Shown here piece by piece: positions 23,372 through 31,989 of a stretch of 32,000 nt of DNA (within the stretch, counting starts at the first letter, position 1; the number at the start of each line of letters is the position of its first letter). The notes below the pieces were generated by a model, which saw only the letters and a list, made by a program, of their open reading frames with translations, ran no database searches and was not told the origin of the DNA. Source of the DNA: Mycolicibacterium smegmatis (lineage in GTDB: Bacteria; Actinomycetota; Actinomycetes; Mycobacteriales; Mycobacteriaceae). The stretch spans positions 2,310,001 to 2,342,000 of the forward strand of contig NZ_LN831039.1 in the NCBI RefSeq assembly GCF_001457595.1, given 5' to 3'. The translations under genes were made by a program, and so were the position numbers.

Positions 23372-24162
23372 GCCAGCGACCGTCTCAGTATCGCGACGAA
23401 CGGCCGGGGATCGGCATGGCCATTCGTCGCGATGCGGCGCCGGGAAGGCATCGAATCGCGTGACGCGCCGATCCATTCGTCGCGCGTGACCGTGTCCAGG
23501 CGCAGCCGACGGCCCGCGCGGTAGGCGAGCAGATGCAGCAGCAGCGTCCCGGTCCGCCCGTTGCCCTCGCGGAAGGGGTGGATTGCGTTGTACTCGGCGT
23601 AGATCCGTGCGAGCCGGAACGACAACGCACCGTCGTCGAGACCGCGTCCGTCACGCGCGAGCGCACAGATCTCTGCGTGCACCTCCGCGAGCCTGTGGCG
23701 TATCTGCGCGCACGGCCCGAAAGTCTGCTCGCCACGGCGGAGTTCGACGATGCGCGGCTGGCCGGCCCACGCATACACGTCGCCGAACACGTGCTGGTGC
23801 AGGTGGCACACGTCGAGGTCGTGCGTGTCGGGACGCATGTGGGCCTGCAGCATCCGGCCTGCGGTGGCCACGAACTCGACATGCGCCAGTGTCGGGGCGT
23901 GGGTGATCCCGAAGTTGTTGCGCAGCACGGACGTACCGGGGATGAAGTACGGTCTGCGCCGCGCGAACACCGGTCGCCGGCGTGGGTTCGGCGTGCGGCG
24001 GGGGAGATGGGCCGCGAGGTATTCGCCGAATGTCACCGTGCCGCCCAGCAGTTCGGTGAGCGCCGATATCTGCTCGTCGGCCGGCTGCCAGCCCTCGAGG
24101 CGTTCGGCCGCGATGGTCTGGGCCAGGGCGTGGCGTGCGTCGACGCGGAGTTCGGCTACCAC
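23347..24162 (-). CDS. Class-II Fic-domain protein with an N-terminal VbhA-like inhibitory helix
   Basis: The Fic motif reads HPFREGNGRTGT. The N-terminal ELRVDARHALAQTIAAERLEGW resembles the VbhA/alpha-inh element [S/T]xxxE[G/N]. GTG start at 24162 lies 1 nt after the TAG stop (24156-24158) of the upstream gene. The track ORF extension to 24360 was rejected. Confidence 0.82.
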   Translation of the reverse strand: MVAELRVDARHALAQTIAAERLEGWQPADEQISALTELLGGTVTFGEYLAAHLPRRTPNPRRRPVFARRRPYFIPGTSVLRNNFGITHAPTLAHVEFVATAGRMLQAHMRPDTHDLDVCHLHQHVFGDVYAWAGQPRIVELRRGEQTFGPCAQIRHRLAEVHAEICALARDGRGLDDGALSFRLARIYAEYNAIHPFREGNGRTGTLLLHLLAYRAGRRLRLDTVTRDEWIGASRDSMPSRRRIATNGHADPRPFVAILRRSLAQGSGAVR

Positions 24163-25157
24163 GGTGAGAACGTCGAGGTCGACGCCAGGTAGTCGAGTTT
24201 GCGCTGCAGACCGCTGACGTCGCGCCCGATGCTGCGCAGTGCGGTGCGGTCCTGGGGCGAGAATGCCGACATCGCGACGTGATCGGTGATCTCGCCGCCG
24301 GAAGACGTGATCTGGTCGGCGCGCGTGCGCCACCGGATGCTCGACCCGATGGCGTGACACCGCGTCAGAACGGCCGCGTCCTCGTCGTCGAGAAAGCGGC
24401 CACCGGCCGCGTCGTGGATCCGGTCGGGCGTACCGCGTTCAGAGGATCCGCAGCACAGCGCGGCCCACCGCGCGATGCGCACCACGGGGTCGATCGTCGC
24501 GGCCTTGAGGTCGACGGCGGTGTCGCGAGTGGCGAGCACCCGCAACCGCGACGGCACATGGGCCCGTAGGTACGTCGCGTCCTGCAGCATCGCCGCGAGC
24601 GCGTCGGGATGGTCGCCGACGGCCGTGCGAGCCCGGGCCGCCAAATCCGGCCCGTCGGTGAGCGGGAACGCATCGGCGAGCAGTCCGATCATCACCACAC
24701 CGCGGTCGGCGGCGGCGTCACCGGCCCAGCGGGCGATGCCGTCCTCCCACTGCGACGCCGAGCGGTTGAACCGCGCACGGGCCGCGGTGACCCCTTTCTC
24801 GTCGCCCGGGATCCCGCACGCGCTCAACAGGTCGTGCACCTCGAGCGCGTGGTGCAAGGCCGCGTCGACCGGTGTGCCCTCGTCGCGCACGAACAGGGTG
24901 TCGAGATCGGATCCGGGCAGTGCCTCACCGCGGCCCACGCTGCCCGAGGCGTACCACGTGCCTGGCGCGGGGCCGGTGACCCGCGCGGCGGTGCGCAGTG
25001 CCGCGCGCAGCAGCGCCGACCACGCCTGTGCCACCGTCGCGGCACGCGCGCCGACGAGTTCGCGCGCAGCCGCGGGCAGTTCGGCCGTGGCGGCGCGCAG
25101 ACCGGCCACCGAGGTCGCCGCGTCGATGTGGCGCTGCACGAGGTCGGGGGCGGGCAT
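24156..25157 (-). CDS. Stand-alone DUF294-type (GlnD/GlnE-like, pol-beta superfamily) nucleotidyltransferase with DUF294_C-like substrate-binding domain
   Basis: 333 aa. The pol-beta NTase signature is ASGSVGRGEALPGSDLDTLFV (G-S-x10-D-x-D). The helical C-terminal half carries the ...RIARWAAL...TPDRI... pattern. No cNMP or CBS sensor domains are present. Confidence 0.75.
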   Translation of the reverse strand: MPAPDLVQRHIDAATSVAGLRAATAELPAAARELVGARAATVAQAWSALLRAALRTAARVTGPAPGTWYASGSVGRGEALPGSDLDTLFVRDEGTPVDAALHHALEVHDLLSACGIPGDEKGVTAARARFNRSASQWEDGIARWAGDAAADRGVVMIGLLADAFPLTDGPDLAARARTAVGDHPDALAAMLQDATYLRAHVPSRLRVLATRDTAVDLKAATIDPVVRIARWAALCCGSSERGTPDRIHDAAGGRFLDDEDAAVLTRCHAIGSSIRWRTRADQITSSGGEITDHVAMSAFSPQDRTALRSIGRDVSGLQRKLDYLASTSTFSPW

Positions 25158-25269
25158 ACCGGCGATTGTGACAGGCCCACGGGCGGTGAGGGTTCTGCAA
25201 CCGAATGCTTACCGACGGCTACATGAACGAAACATTCGGGTGACGCCGAGGACACGCGCCCATTGTTAT

Positions 25270-25283
25270 CTGTCATCTGACAG
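25270..25283. promoter_or_regulatory. Palindrome CTGTCA-tc-TGACAG in the divergent NTase/permease intergenic region; a third TGACAGG copy lies at 25169-25175
   Basis: Read directly. It lies 42 nt upstream of the permease ATG. Function is unknown; it could be an operator or part of a leader structure. Confidence 0.3.
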
Positions 25284-25324
25284 GTAAGAGCTGGCGGCAG
25301 CGCCCCTAGCCAGAGAGAAAACCC

Positions 25325-26866
25325 ATGACCAGCAGCGCAACAGCACCGGGACCCGACGTGGCCGACCCGTCCGGCGACCACCGCGACCTCGCGGAGTTCG
25401 GTTACGACCAACAACTGCATCGCCGGCTCGGCCGGTTCGAGTCGTTCGCCGCGGGGTTCTCCTTCGTGTCGATCCTGACGACGATCTTCCAGTTGTTCGG
25501 TCTGGGCTTCGGCTTCGGCGGGCCCGCCTTCTTCTGGACCTGGCCCGCGGTGTTCGTGGGGCAGTTCCTCGTCGCCCTGTGTTTCGCCGAACTCGCCGCG
25601 CGTTACCCGATCTCGGGCGCCATCTACCAGTGGTCGCGACGCATGGGCGGTGAGGTGATCGGCTGGTTCGGGGGCTGGTTCGTGATCCTCGCCCAGATCG
25701 TCACCGCATCGGCCGCCGCGATCGCCCTGCAGGTGGTGCTCCCGACGATCTGGCCGGGATTCCAGATCATCGGCGACGACCCGGCCCTCACCTCGGCCAG
25801 CGGCGCCACCAACGCGGTGCTGCTCGGCACCGTCCTGCTGGTGGTCACGACCACCATCAACTGCCTTGGCGTCAAATGGATGTCACGCGTCAACAGCGCA
25901 GGTGTGGTGTGCGAGATCGTCGGCGTCATCGCGGTCATCGGCGTGTTCTTCACGCACGCCCAGCGCGGTCCGCAGGTCGTGTTCGACACCGGCCACGCCG
26001 GCGGGCAACCCGGCTACATCTGGGCCTGGATCGTGTCGGGCCTGATGGCCGCCTACGTCATGGTGGGCTTCGGTTCGGCGGGCGAACTCGCCGAGGAGAC
26101 CCGCAACCCGCGCCGGGTGGCGCCACGCACCATCCGCCTGGCGCTTTCGGTGTCCGCGCTCGGCGGTGGCCTGATGATCCTCGGGGCGCTCATGGCCGCA
26201 CCGAGCCTCACCGACGGCCGGTTGGCCACCGAGGGCCTGCCGTATGTGCTCGACACCGTGCTGTCCTCGCCGTGGGGCACCGTCCTGCTCATCGACGTGT
26301 GCATCGCGATCACCATCTGCACGTTGGCAATTCAGACCGCGGCCTCACGGCTGATGTTCTCGATGGCCCGCGACGGCCGGCTGCCCGCCTCGGCGATCCT
26401 GGCAAAGGTCAACGGCCGCACCGGAACCCCGATCTGGCCGTCGGTGCTGATCGGCGTGCTGTGCATCGCGGTGCTGCTGGTCAACGTGGGCAACTCCGCG
26501 ATCTTCGCGACCCTGGCCAGCGTGTGCATCATCCTGATCTACCTGGCGTACCTGATGGTCACCGCGCCTCTGCTGTACCGCAGGTTCAAAGGCTGGCCCG
26601 CACAACGCAACCAGGTCGACGCCGAAGGACTGCCGCTGTTCTCGCTCGGCAGGTTCGGCATCGTGGTCAACGTGCTCGCGGTGCTGTACGGCGCCGTGAT
26701 GATCGTCAACCTTGGCTGGCCGCGAGCCGAGATCTTCAACCCCACCGGGGAATACCCCGTCCTGCAGTGGGCGGGCCCGCTGAGCATCGCCGCCACGGTG
26801 CTGCTCGGTGCGCTGTGCTTCCCGCGCGGCAAGACACATCCGAAACCCGTCACGATCGGAGCCTGA
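25325..26866 (+). CDS. APC-superfamily amino acid/polyamine-type permease
   Basis: 513 aa with about 12 hydrophobic segments. The N-terminal block FSFVSILTTIFQLFGLGFGFGGPAFFW and AELAARYPISGAIYQW are typical APC signatures. Confidence 0.9.
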   Translation: MTSSATAPGPDVADPSGDHRDLAEFGYDQQLHRRLGRFESFAAGFSFVSILTTIFQLFGLGFGFGGPAFFWTWPAVFVGQFLVALCFAELAARYPISGAIYQWSRRMGGEVIGWFGGWFVILAQIVTASAAAIALQVVLPTIWPGFQIIGDDPALTSASGATNAVLLGTVLLVVTTTINCLGVKWMSRVNSAGVVCEIVGVIAVIGVFFTHAQRGPQVVFDTGHAGGQPGYIWAWIVSGLMAAYVMVGFGSAGELAEETRNPRRVAPRTIRLALSVSALGGGLMILGALMAAPSLTDGRLATEGLPYVLDTVLSSPWGTVLLIDVCIAITICTLAIQTAASRLMFSMARDGRLPASAILAKVNGRTGTPIWPSVLIGVLCIAVLLVNVGNSAIFATLASVCIILIYLAYLMVTAPLLYRRFKGWPAQRNQVDAEGLPLFSLGRFGIVVNVLAVLYGAVMIVNLGWPRAEIFNPTGEYPVLQWAGPLSIAATVLLGALCFPRGKTHPKPVTIGA

Positions 26867-26868
26867 TC

Positions 26869-27711
26869 ATGTCTGTGACCACAGCCGCCACGGCTACCAC
26901 GGCAGGCGCGCGCGCCCACGCCCGCGCCCAGGCCGGAACCATCACCGACTCGATGCCCGTCGTCCCGGCGTCACGCTGGCCCAACCCGCCCGCCGGCGTG
27001 GCCGCCGAGAATCTGACCTGGGCCGAGACCGTCCCGGGCGGCCGGTACACCACCAAGGTGCTCGCACGCGGCACACGACTACGCCTGCGGGACCTGACCG
27101 GTACGGCGTGCGCGCACCTGCTGCTCTGGCGCGCCGACGCCCCGTGGGAACGACTCAACGTCGCCGACACCGTGAAAGTACCCTGGCAGGCCTACCTTTC
27201 GACAGGGCACCCACTGCTCAGCGATCAGGGCCGGGTGCTGGCCACCATCGAGTCGGACACCTCGGGTCACCACGACGCGCTGTGCGGCACCACGACCCTG
27301 GCGGGCAACACCGCGAAGTACGGCGCGGGCAGTGCCGAATCGGCAAGTCCCGCAGGGCGCGAACTGCTGGCCCTCGCCGCGCTCAAGAACGGCCTCACCC
27401 GCCGTGACGTCGCACCCAGCGTGTCGTTCTTCCACGGCATCTGGGTCGACGGCGACGGCGCGCTGGTGTCCACCGGTTCCGCGGGCGCCGACACCGCAGT
27501 CGAACTCATCCTTCACCTGCCGCTGATCGTGGCCATCGCCAACACGGCCCACCCGCTGGATCCGGCCCCCGAGTTCGAGGTCGGGTCCCTGGAGGTCCTC
27601 GCATGGCGTGCCCAGGAGGACCTCGCCGGGATCGGGGCGTCGCTGCACGACCGCGATCCCGAATACCAACGCGCGTACCTCAATTCCGAAGACGTCTGGA
27701 GTGCCCGATGA
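26869..27711 (+). CDS. DUF1989 protein (urea-carboxylase-associated family; carboxyguanidine-deiminase-type subunit)
   Basis: ATG 26869 lies 2 nt after the permease stop. Its paralogy to the next gene and its context with the carboxylase and allophanate hydrolase support the call. The upstream part of the track ORF (25876-26868) was rejected. Confidence 0.8.
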   Translation: MSVTTAATATTAGARAHARAQAGTITDSMPVVPASRWPNPPAGVAAENLTWAETVPGGRYTTKVLARGTRLRLRDLTGTACAHLLLWRADAPWERLNVADTVKVPWQAYLSTGHPLLSDQGRVLATIESDTSGHHDALCGTTTLAGNTAKYGAGSAESASPAGRELLALAALKNGLTRRDVAPSVSFFHGIWVDGDGALVSTGSAGADTAVELILHLPLIVAIANTAHPLDPAPEFEVGSLEVLAWRAQEDLAGIGASLHDRDPEYQRAYLNSEDVWSAR

Positions 27712-28331
27712 CCACCACGTTCGAAGCTCAGATCATCGCCGACGAGACCGTCGCGCCCCGCGCGCCGTGGTCGAAGATCGTGCGGGCGGGGGACGTGCTC
27801 ACCATCGTCGACCTGCACGGAAATCAGGCCGTCGACACGTTGTTCTACGGTGCCGACGACCACGGCATCCGCTACAGCGCCCCGGCCACGATCGCCGCAC
27901 AGGGCAACATCTTCCTGACCACGGGCACGGTGCTGCGCGACAGCGACGGTGCGCCGATGCTGACGATCATCGACGACGAGGTGGGCAACCACGACACCCT
28001 CGGCGGCGCGTGCTCGCAGGAGTCCAACACCCTGCGCTACGGACACCACACCAAACACCAGCACGCGTGCGTCGAGAACTTCATCGGCGAAGGCGCGCGG
28101 TGGGGCCTGACGAAGGCCGACATCGTCAGCAACATCAACTTCTTCATGAACGTCCCGGTGGATCCCGACGGTTCGCTGGGCATCGTCGACGGCCTGTCGG
28201 CGCCTGGCAAGAAACTGTCGCTGCGCGCCGAGATCGACACGCTGGTGCTGATCTCCAACTGCCCGCAGATCAACAACCCGTGCAACGGTTTCGACCCCAC
28301 CGCGGTGCGCATGGTGGTGACCCGGGGATGA
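27708..28331 (+). CDS. DUF1989 protein (urea-carboxylase-associated family, second subunit)
   Basis: ATGA overlaps occur at both ends (27708-27711 and 28328-28331). The blocks DLHGNQAVDTLFY, HDTLGGACS and NCPQINNPCNG are typical of this family. Confidence 0.82.
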   Translation: MTTTFEAQIIADETVAPRAPWSKIVRAGDVLTIVDLHGNQAVDTLFYGADDHGIRYSAPATIAAQGNIFLTTGTVLRDSDGAPMLTIIDDEVGNHDTLGGACSQESNTLRYGHHTKHQHACVENFIGEGARWGLTKADIVSNINFFMNVPVDPDGSLGIVDGLSAPGKKLSLRAEIDTLVLISNCPQINNPCNGFDPTAVRMVVTRG

Positions 28332-30322
28332 GGACAGCGGAGGTCCTCAGGCCCGGCATGGCCACCACGATCCAGGACTGGCCGGGCCGGATCGGGTACT
28401 GGCAGGTCGGCGTCCCGCCGTCCGGGCCCATGGACGACGTGTCGTTCCGGCTCGCCAACATCGCCGTCGGCAACCCCGAGGGTGCACCCGCCCTGGAGGC
28501 CACGATGGGTGGCCCGGCACTGCGGTTCGACACCGACACCTGGGTGTGCGTCACCGGCGCGCCCGCGCCGGTGAGCATCGACGGCACCAGAGTGCCCCAG
28601 TGGCAACCGGTTCTGGTGCAGGCAGGCCAACTGCTCGACGTCGGCATGGTCGCCGGACCCGGACTGCGGATCTACCTCGCCGTCGCAGGCGGCCTGCACG
28701 CCGACGAATACCTCGGCAGCGCAGCCACCTTCACCCTCGGCGGCTTCGGGGGACACCAGGGACGGGTGCTCGGCGCGGGCGACAAACTCGAGATCACCGA
28801 CAACCTGACCGGAACACGCAGGCGCATCCTGTCCGACGAGCAACCGGCGATCACCTCGCACTGGAACATCGCCGTCACCGTGGGCCCGCACTCGGCGCCG
28901 GAGTTCTTCACACCGGCCGACATCGACACCGTGCTGGGGCACGACTACGAGGTGCACTTCAACTCCGACCGCACCGGCGTGCGCCTGATCGGGCCCAAGC
29001 CCGAATGGGCGCGGCCCGACGGAGGCGAGGCCGGGCTGCACCCGTCGAACATCCACGACAACGCCTACTCGGTCGGCTCGCTCGACTTCACCGGAGACAC
29101 ACCGATTCTGCTCGGCCCCGACGGGCCCAGCCTGGGCGGCTTCGTCTGCCCGGTGACCGTCACCTCCGCCGACCGCTGGAAGCTGGGCCAACTCGCCCCG
29201 GGCGCCACCGTGCGATTCGTCGCGGTCCGCGAGGCCGCCGCGGCGCCTGCCGACACCGTGACACGCGCGCGACGCGCCTACCTGCCCGCGGTGTTCTCCA
29301 CCGGCGGTGACACCGACAACGGGATCCTCGGCCACACCACCTCGTCGGACGGCACCGTCGATGTGACGTACCGGCGCACCGGCGACGACAACGTGCTGGT
29401 CGAATACGGCGAGATGCGACTCGATCTCGCGCTGCGCGCACGGGTACACGCCCTGCACCACGCGCTGGAGAACCACCGGCCCGACGGTCTGATCGACCTG
29501 ACGCCCGGGGTGCGCTCACTGCAGGTGAAGGTGGACCCGGTGCGCCTGCCGGTCTCGGCACTCGTGCCGTTGCTCACCGAGATCGAGGCGTCCCTGCCGG
29601 CGGCACAGGAGCTCGTCGTGCCCAGCCGCACGGTCCGCCTGCCCCTGAGCTGGGACGACCCCGCCACGCGCGAGGCCATCGAACGTTACATGCACGGTGT
29701 GCGCGCCGACGCGCCGTGGTGCCCGTGGAACATCGAGTTCATCCGGCGCATGAACGGGCTGGCGTCGGTCGACGACGTCCACCGGATCGTCTACGACGCC
29801 GAGTATCTGGTGCTCGGGCTGGGTGATGTCTACCTCGGTGCGCCGGTCGCGACGCCCCTGGACCCGCGGCACCGGCTGGTCACCACCAAGTACAACCCGG
29901 CCCGCACCTGGACCCCGGAGAACGCGGTCGGCATCGGCGGCGCCTACCTGTGCATCTACGGCATGGAGGGCCCGGGCGGCTACCAGTTCGTCGGCCGCAC
30001 CACCCAGATCTGGAATCACCGCCACCCGCTGCCCGCGCACGGCTTCGAGCCCGAACATCCGTGGCTGCTACGCTTTTTCGACCGCATCAGCTGGTATCCC
30101 GTCTCGGCGGAAGAACTGCTGGACCTGCGTGCCGACATGGCGGCGGGCCGCGGCCACGTCGACATCACCGACGGGGTGTTCGCGCTCGCCGAGCACGACG
30201 CGTTCCTCGCCGAGAACGCCGACGACATCGCCGCGACGCGCGCGACAATGGAAGCCGCGCGCGCCGAGGAACGTCAACGCTGGTCGGACGCAGGAGAATT
30301 CGCACGAAAGGAATCCGCGTGA
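28328..30322 (+). CDS. Urea/guanidine carboxylase carboxyltransferase component (KipA/AHS2-like plus KipI/AHS1-like domains only). No biotin carboxylase or BCCP domain.
   Basis: 664 aa. The N-terminus LRPGMATTIQDWPGRIGYWQVGVPPSGPMD is AHS2/PxpC-like. The middle VDVTYRRTGDDNVLVEYGEMRLDL is AHS1/PxpB-like. The protein ends where the BCCP linker of full-length urea carboxylases begins. No ATP-grasp motif or AMKM biotinylation motif occurs anywhere in the ORF. Confidence 0.82.
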   Translation: MRTAEVLRPGMATTIQDWPGRIGYWQVGVPPSGPMDDVSFRLANIAVGNPEGAPALEATMGGPALRFDTDTWVCVTGAPAPVSIDGTRVPQWQPVLVQAGQLLDVGMVAGPGLRIYLAVAGGLHADEYLGSAATFTLGGFGGHQGRVLGAGDKLEITDNLTGTRRRILSDEQPAITSHWNIAVTVGPHSAPEFFTPADIDTVLGHDYEVHFNSDRTGVRLIGPKPEWARPDGGEAGLHPSNIHDNAYSVGSLDFTGDTPILLGPDGPSLGGFVCPVTVTSADRWKLGQLAPGATVRFVAVREAAAAPADTVTRARRAYLPAVFSTGGDTDNGILGHTTSSDGTVDVTYRRTGDDNVLVEYGEMRLDLALRARVHALHHALENHRPDGLIDLTPGVRSLQVKVDPVRLPVSALVPLLTEIEASLPAAQELVVPSRTVRLPLSWDDPATREAIERYMHGVRADAPWCPWNIEFIRRMNGLASVDDVHRIVYDAEYLVLGLGDVYLGAPVATPLDPRHRLVTTKYNPARTWTPENAVGIGGAYLCIYGMEGPGGYQFVGRTTQIWNHRHPLPAHGFEPEHPWLLRFFDRISWYPVSAEELLDLRADMAAGRGHVDITDGVFALAEHDAFLAENADDIAATRATMEAARAEERQRWSDAGEFARKESA

Positions 30323-31989
30323 CGGGCAAGATCGACGAGATCTACCGCAGGATCGAGCAGAGCGGCCGGTCCGAGGTGTTCATCCACCTGCGGCCGCAGG
30401 ACCAGGTGGAGGCCGACCACGCGTCCGCCACGAGTGGCCCGCTGGCCGGTCTGGTGCTCGCGGTCAAGGACAACGTCGACGTCGCCGGACTGCCCACCAC
30501 CGCGGCCTGTCCGGGATACAGCTTCGTGCCCGACACCGACGCCCCCGTCGTGGCCGTCCTGAAGGCCGCGGGCGCTGTCGTCATCGGCAAGACCAACCTC
30601 GACCAGTTCGCCACCGGCCTCGTCGGAACCCGCAGCCCCTACGGCCCGGTACGCAACGCCCAACGTCCCGAATACATCTCGGGCGGTTCGAGTTCCGGGT
30701 CGGCCGTTGCGGTCGCACTCGGCTTCGCCGACATCGCGATCGGCACCGACACCGCAGGCTCCGGGCGTGTGCCCGCCGGACTGCAGGGCATCGTCGGTAT
30801 CAAGCCGACCCTCGGCGTGGTCCCGAACACCGGTGTGGTGCCCGCGTGCGCGAGCTATGACTGCGTGACGATCTTCGCCGCCGACCTGCCGACCGCACAG
30901 GCCGCGATGGGTGTCATGGCCACCGCCGAACCGCACCGCGCGTGGCCCGCCGATCTCATGTTGGCCGCGCCGCCTGCGCCCAGGGTCGCGGTGCCCGCGC
31001 AGGTGCCCGAACTCGACGTGGCGTGGCAGGCTGCGTTCACCGAGGCGGTGCAGCGCGCGCAGGCCGCCGGGTTCGAAACCGTGCCCATCGACATGACGCC
31101 GTTCTTCGCCGCGGCGGACCTGCTGTACAACGGGGCACTCGTGGCCGAACGATGGGACGCCGTCGGCGAATTCATCGAAAGCGCCGGGCCGGGCGCCGGG
31201 CTGGACCCGACCGTGTCGGCGATCATCAGCGCCGCGGGCAGGCACTCGGCCGCCGACCTGCTGCGCGACCGTCGCCGCGTCGAGCACCTCCGCGACGAGG
31301 CGTTCGCAGCCCTCGCGGGATGCGATGCGCTGTTGGTGCCCACCGCGCCCGAGCATCCGCGTATTGCCGACGTCGCCGCCGACCCGATCGGGGTGAACGC
31401 GCGCATGGGGCGGTTCACCAATTTCTGCAACCTGTTCGACATGTGTGCCATCGCGATCCCGGCGGGCACCACCTCCGACGGCGCGCAGTTCGGCATCACG
31501 CTGCTGGCGCCGGCGTTCGGTGATGCCGTCGTCGCCGATCTCGCGGCGCGTTTCCTCGCTGTGCCCGCCGCGGCGTCGTGGGCTGAGGCCGCCACGGAGG
31601 TCACCGAGATCGCCGTGTTCGGAGCGCATCTGCGTGGGCAACCGCTGGAGCACGAGCTCACCGGACGCGGTGCGCGCTGGGGCGGGCCGGTGGTCACCGC
31701 GCCGCACTACCGGCTGTTCGCCCTCGACACCGAGCCCCCCAAACCGGGCCTGGTGCGCGTCGACAGCGACGGATCCGCGATCGAGGGGGAGCGGTGGGTG
31801 CTCTCACCCGCGGCACTCGGTGAGTTCCTCGCCGAACTGCCCGCCCCGATGCTGCTCGGCAAGGTCGAGTTGAGCGACGGCCGTTGGGTGACGGGTTTCG
31901 GCTGCGACCATGCCGCGCCTGCACACGGCCGCGACATCACGGAGTTCGGCGGGTGGCTCCGGGCCCAGTCGGCCCTTTCGGCTCGATAG
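30319..31989 (+). CDS. Allophanate hydrolase (amidase-signature family with AH C-terminal domain)
   Basis: GTGA overlap with the upstream stop. The amidase signature is LAVKDNVDVAGLPTTA...GGSSSGSAVAVALGFADIAIGTDTAGSGRVPA. The C-terminal domain reads IAVFGAHLRGQPL...GKVELSDGRWVTGF. Stop TAG at 31987-31989. Confidence 0.92.
   Translation: MTGKIDEIYRRIEQSGRSEVFIHLRPQDQVEADHASATSGPLAGLVLAVKDNVDVAGLPTTAACPGYSFVPDTDAPVVAVLKAAGAVVIGKTNLDQFATGLVGTRSPYGPVRNAQRPEYISGGSSSGSAVAVALGFADIAIGTDTAGSGRVPAGLQGIVGIKPTLGVVPNTGVVPACASYDCVTIFAADLPTAQAAMGVMATAEPHRAWPADLMLAAPPAPRVAVPAQVPELDVAWQAAFTEAVQRAQAAGFETVPIDMTPFFAAADLLYNGALVAERWDAVGEFIESAGPGAGLDPTVSAIISAAGRHSAADLLRDRRRVEHLRDEAFAALAGCDALLVPTAPEHPRIADVAADPIGVNARMGRFTNFCNLFDMCAIAIPAGTTSDGAQFGITLLAPAFGDAVVADLAARFLAVPAAASWAEAATEVTEIAVFGAHLRGQPLEHELTGRGARWGGPVVTAPHYRLFALDTEPPKPGLVRVDSDGSAIEGERWVLSPAALGEFLAELPAPMLLGKVELSDGRWVTGFGCDHAAPAHGRDITEFGGWLRAQSALSAR

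Noticed and set aside
24163-24360. Upstream extension of the Fic ORF into the nucleotidyltransferase gene
   Set aside because: It is Arg/His-rich and overlaps the NTase coding sequence. GTG 24162 yields an N-terminus that aligns with VbhA-like inhibitory helices.
25876-30318. Apparent giant ORFs 25876-27711, 27608-30322 and 29950-31989 that suggest fused or overlapping proteins
   Set aside because: The 5' parts are alternative-frame read-through over the preceding genes (Arg/Pro/His-rich). Internal ATG/GTG codons that overlap the preceding stop codons (26869, 27708, 28328, 30319) give proteins with proper family N-termini.
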